Positions 60,101 through 64,000 of a stretch of DNA of 64,000 bases are shown here, piece by piece. The notes beneath the pieces were generated by a model. It was not told the DNA's origin and did not search any database. It saw only the letters and a list, made by a program, of their open reading frames with translations. Every line of letters starts with the position of its first letter. Within the stretch, counting starts at the first letter, position 1. The translations under genes were made by a program, and so were the position numbers. Origin of the DNA: Amoebophrya sp. A120 (taxonomy: Eukaryota > Protista > Dinoflagellata); the NCBI GenBank assembly GCA_905178155.1, contig CAJINV010000005.1, forward strand, positions 4,645,036 to 4,709,035, in the 5' to 3' direction.

Positions 60101-63100
60101 GTTCTGTGCGCTGCTATCTGTGTTCGCATTGCTTGGGTGCACCGGGTAGTCGCTACTACCGTCATTTTCGTTGTAAAATTCGTCTTCATCTTCCGGTTGC
60201 TTAGCCGATACAGACGGTGTGGTGGCGTCCGAGACAGAGCCAGAGGCCGCTATATTCCCACCGGATGATAACGGCATCACCGCTTCGTCTCGTATGATCC
60301 CCGTTTCGCCCTCCGTCCCCTCGTTCTGGTAGTCTGCGTTGTATCAAATGCAAAAGTGTCTGGGTCTGGAAGAATACAAACTTGTGATGCGCATTTCAGC
60401 ACACAGAAAAATCTCTGATGCATAGGTAGCAAAAGCTGCCCACTTTCTGTCACCAAAGTGGGGGATTTGTCGTGCGCAGTCGGCATTGCGGAAGCTTTTC
60501 GAAACCTGTGATGCTAGAGCTTCCATGCCAGACCTTCTGCGTCATGCAAAAACAGCATGACTCTTGCAGACCCAGACATTTTTACATTTGATACGTTGGA
60601 GACCGCTTCCATTTCCATGGGTTTTTTGATCAACTTAATGATCGACTCTTTCACCTGTTCGGTGTAGAGCCCCATGTCACCCACCCGCCAGTCCCAGGGG
60701 TTCTTCGAATCCATATATTTCGGTGGAGAGTCTAAATCGTCGGTCAACGCCGCTTCCGGCAGATCCAATTTTTGCTTCTTCATCTCGTTCAATAGATGAA
60801 CAATCCCAAAGAGCCGCCAGCGGGAATACAGCAATTGGTGCTTCCGGTTCCATATAAAATGCAAATATGGCTAGGTCTGGGAGCTTGTGATGCAAGGAAG
60901 GGAATTATAGGGAGCACACTGATGCATTATTTAATGCGCTGCCAAGCATGACATAGTTTTTCCGTGGTTCTGAGTTGCGTACTCCGCATGAGAAACTGCG
61001 GCTTTGCATGACACGGAAGAGGAGCTCATCTTCGCGGCCACGCAGTACAAAGCTCAGAGTCAACATGCCAGACCAGCATGACAACTCTCGCTACCTCCTA
61101 CCAGAGCACCCAGACATATTTGCGATGCTTATTCCAGATCTGCTCGATCTGCTGGAATCCCCGCTCCAACATGCGGTAAACATCGCCGTCGGAAAGTAGT
61201 ATCGCGAACATGCGGAGCGCGTTGGCGGCGATAACGCCGAATGGACACTGGTTGATGACGTCGGAAATGGTGGAGGAAGTCGCACTATCAACTGCAAATA
61301 GAAATATGTCTGGCTCTGGAAGAGTGCAAACTTGTATTGCGTGTCGAGGAGTCCAGAAAAATCTGTATTGCATGAAAGCAACAAAAGCGCCACAGTTTGG
61401 TGATCAAAAAATACAGTCTGTAATGCGTACTAAGGATGAGAATGCTACACTACTCTTACAGACGCAGTCACTCATGGCCATTCAGCATCACAAGTTTCCC
61501 GACCCAGACATTTTTGCAGTGCATACGCACTGTGCTCTACACTGCTCTGCGACTTGAAGATCACCCCGTCCGCGTGGCTTATCGCCCACCCGTATCCTGT
61601 GTAAAGACGTCTCCTCCCCAGGGTTGTCATGCAAATCTGCATGCTGAAAATGTTTCTCATGCGGAGCCCCATGAGAAGCATTTTCCAGTGGTGTTTTGGA
61701 ATTTGTCATGCTCCAATCAGCATGATATACTAGATCTGTGATGCTGCTGAGCTAGCTCAAACAGCATTGCACTACGGGTCCAAATTTGTCATGCAAAACA
61801 GCCAAAGCCTGTGGATTTGCCTAGCCGAGTCCCCATCTTGACTATGGGGTGGCGAGGTTTTTGCATAGGATAACCCGAGGCTGGTTCGGTCGGTTTTCGT
61901 TTTCTTTTCCAACAGCCACTCGTTCGCTTCGGTCTTTCCATTGCAAACATGTCTGGGTCTGGAAACTTGTGATGCAAGGAAGGGAATAATGATCTCACTG
62001 TAATGCGCTGCCAAGCGTGCCATGTTTTTTCGTGGGTCTGAGTTGCGCATCCCGCATGAGAAGCTGCATTTTTGCATGACAGAGAGGAGGAGCTCTTCGC
62101 GGCCACGCAATACAGAGCTTAGAGTCATGCCAGACTAGCATGCCAAATCTCGCAATCACCCAGACCACCCAGACATATATGCATTTGATACGGTCACCCC
62201 CGTCGCCAAAGCCCCCCGGAACTCGTTCCATTCGATCACATTCGGGTCGGGAGATAAGATATGAACTGCAAAAGTATCGCACTCGTACTAATTACATTTA
62301 TGCATTACAAATCTTTTTCTTACTCTTAGGGTAAATCTGCATGGCGAATTTAGTTTGTAATGCTGGGCTAATTTGTGATGCAATTTATACTAGTACGATG
62401 CTTTTGCTTTGCATATAAGATGCAGTCGTCGGCGTTGTCGTCTTCTAAAAAAGTTGGCTTCCCGGTCGCGGAGTCCACGCTGTCCCAGATTTTCTGTTGC
62501 TCAATGTCGAGAAGCTTCAACACCGGCCATTGGGAGGACATGAGAAGGTAGAAATCGGTCGGGATGTGGTAAAAGCAATCCCGGACACTGTCCATCGACT
62601 CCGCGCCCACGCTATGCTGTGCAAAAGTATCGCACTCGTATAAATGCATTACAAATCTCCTCAGCATGAGAAATAAAATTTGTAATGCGAAATTGCCTTA
62701 AGAACAGGATTTGTAATGCATGAGTGCAATACGAGTACGATACTTTTGCACAGGATACACGCAGGCGACGAGTTTTCCCAGCGGGCACCCGGGGATTTGC
62801 ATATCACATGCAAAAATGTCTGGGTCTGGAAGAATGCAGACTTGTCATGCATATTTCTCATGACCCATGACGCCAGTAATGCTTGACCTAGCATCGCAGA
62901 CTTTTAGAGGGCTTCCTGATGCACCTTCCGCATGAGAAATGCCCTGTCCGTGTAGCAAAAACTAAAACTATCCCCCTCTTGCTGGTCATGCAATACAAAT
63001 TTTTTTAGAGTCCAAAAACAGCATGACAAGTTGCAATCTTCCAGACCCAGACATTTTTACAGTTGATATTGCAAGGCGTAGCGGGAAACGTGGTAGTCGG

Positions 63101-63986
63101 GGGGTTCGTTTTTCGCCACCGCGTCGGAAACGAGGTTGAGGTATTTGGTCCAAAAGGGGTCTTCTCGTACGCAATCGGGGTCGTAGAACTGCCGCCCGAC
63201 GTTCGTAGCGGACGCGGTTGTTGCGACAAGCAGGGATAGTACTGGCAGGAGATGTATGAAATGTAAAAATGTCTGGGTCTGGAAGGTTGGAACTTGTCAT
63301 GCTAAATCTGAATCATGTAAAAATCTGTGTTGCATGAGTGCCAAAAGCTGTCCAGTTTTGACCTAATCGAGAGGCAGTTTCTCATGCAGGATAGGCATGA
63401 TAGAACTCTCACGGAATCTGTCATGCTATGTCCTCCATACCAGAACTCATGGGTCATGGAAAACCTGCATGACAAGTCTGGCATTCTTCCAGACCCAGAC
63501 ACTTTTACATTTGATAAGATGCTGGAGTAGTCCCCTGCTTGCACATAGGAAAAATGTTGATCCACCACGACCTATTGCTCCTCTTCTTGGTTTTTTCCTT
63601 CGTCCGTTCGTCTGACAGTCGTTCCTGTGGAAGTTGTCCACCTGCTCGTCCCGCGATAGCATTTCTCGGTCGTGTAGGCCCCCGCTGCATCTTGAAGAAG
63701 ATGCAGTCATCTTTGTGCAATTGGCACAAGAAGTAGCTCTCGCAGGCGCGGTTCTTGCAGAAGCCGCAGCACTTGTAGCTGTAGTTGCTCTCCTCTCAGC
63801 TGAACAAGACGAGGTAGGACTAGTACGAGAGACGACCATGCGACAGGAGGTTTCATCCACGACCCCCAACATCGCCGCTCGCTTCCGACGTTTGCGTCTT
63901 GCAGTAGAAGCTCCGCCTGTTGTTCCGCCAGGACAAGAACTGCGTGAGGACAGTGTAGATGATGGTGATGCAGCTCCTGTACTCAT
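57105..63986 (-). CDS. Membrane/secretory protein, about 1131 aa, with a nucleotide-diphospho-sugar transferase (GT77-like) domain and a small Cys module; 15 introners
   Basis: All 15 joins are in frame (3396 nt). Hydrophobic segment LLQHLLPVLSLLVATTASA. IVLTSVDKGSITWLKNW and GMDMAYVSISHFWVRNPFPYL resemble GT77-type motifs. Confidence 0.78.
57343..57602. mobile_element. Introner, family A
   Basis: TSD gcgtt. Confidence 0.9.
57650..57811. mobile_element. Introner, family C
   Basis: TSD acaga. Confidence 0.88.
57886..58138. mobile_element. Introner, family A
   Basis: TSD cgcca/cacca. Confidence 0.9.
58466..58614. mobile_element. Introner, family C
   Basis: TSD gccct. Confidence 0.9.
58650..58872. 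mobile_element. Introner, family D
   Basis: TSD cgtgc. Confidence 0.92.
58965..59191. mobile_element. Introner, family E (degenerate TIR)
   Basis: TSD gccga. Confidence 0.85.
60342..60593. mobile_element. Introner, family A
   Basis: TSD cgttg. Confidence 0.92.
60853..61131. mobile_element. Introner, family A
   Basis: TSD ttcca; right end TTA. Confidence 0.87.
61286..61525. mobile_element. Introner, family A
   Basis: TSD cgcac. Confidence 0.9.
61593..61872. mobile_element. Introner, family B (divergent)
   Basis: TSD acccg. Confidence 0.88.
61935..62190. mobile_element. Introner, family A
   Basis: TSD cggtc; left end TTT. Confidence 0.88.
62260..62415. mobile_element. Introner, family C
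   Basis: TSD taaga. Confidence 0.88.
62613..62757. mobile_element. Introner, family C
   Basis: TSD cacgc. Confidence 0.9.
62802..63068. mobile_element. Introner, family A
   Basis: TSD ttgca; nearly identical to 23039. Confidence 0.92.
63255..63516. mobile_element. Introner, family A
   Basis: TSD agatg. Confidence 0.92.
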
Positions 63987-64000
63987 TTTTCAGCACTGTG

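Noticed and set aside
8065-63516. Recurring peptides in the ORF track (CKNVWVWK, FQTQTFLHLI, PDPDIF, ILSKNVPTPE) as a protein family
   Set aside because: They are translations of the introner TIRs in different frames, not coding motifs.
52574-63516. CRISPR array from the recurring gtctgggtctggaa repeats
   Set aside because: The repeats come in inverted pairs with TSDs and irregular spacing, the intervening segments are exons, and there are no cas genes.

Overview
Eukaryotic genomic DNA, most likely a parasitic dinoflagellate of the Amoebophrya type (inferred from the intron system and gene layout, not from a database match). All supportable genes lie on the minus strand, and there is a 100-N gap at 22495-22594. 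The main feature is 56 complete (plus one gap-truncated) short elements of 143-369 bp, about 13.8 kB or 21% of the window. They fall into about 8 families with different terminal inverted repeats but a shared design: TAT...ATA ends, a 5-bp target-site duplication (TSD), and repeated TTGTNATGC/GCATNACAA boxes. Every one lies inside coding sequence and none offers GT-AG ends. Removing the element plus 5 nt restored the reading frame at each junction I translated by hand, so they behave as non-canonical introns (introners). The reassembled genes are a ~2050+ aa low-complexity protein, a divergent kinase-like protein, a membrane-anchored UDP-glycosyltransferase, two other glycosyltransferase-like genes, a low-complexity protein split by two long insertions, and three paralogs with a shared secretory leader, one carrying a RING finger. 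Other mobile DNA: a 1.5-kb TAT...ATA element and a 364-bp TGT...ACA element (both with empty-site paralogs in the window), and five 0.8-1.4 kb inserts flanked by 40-73 bp direct duplications.
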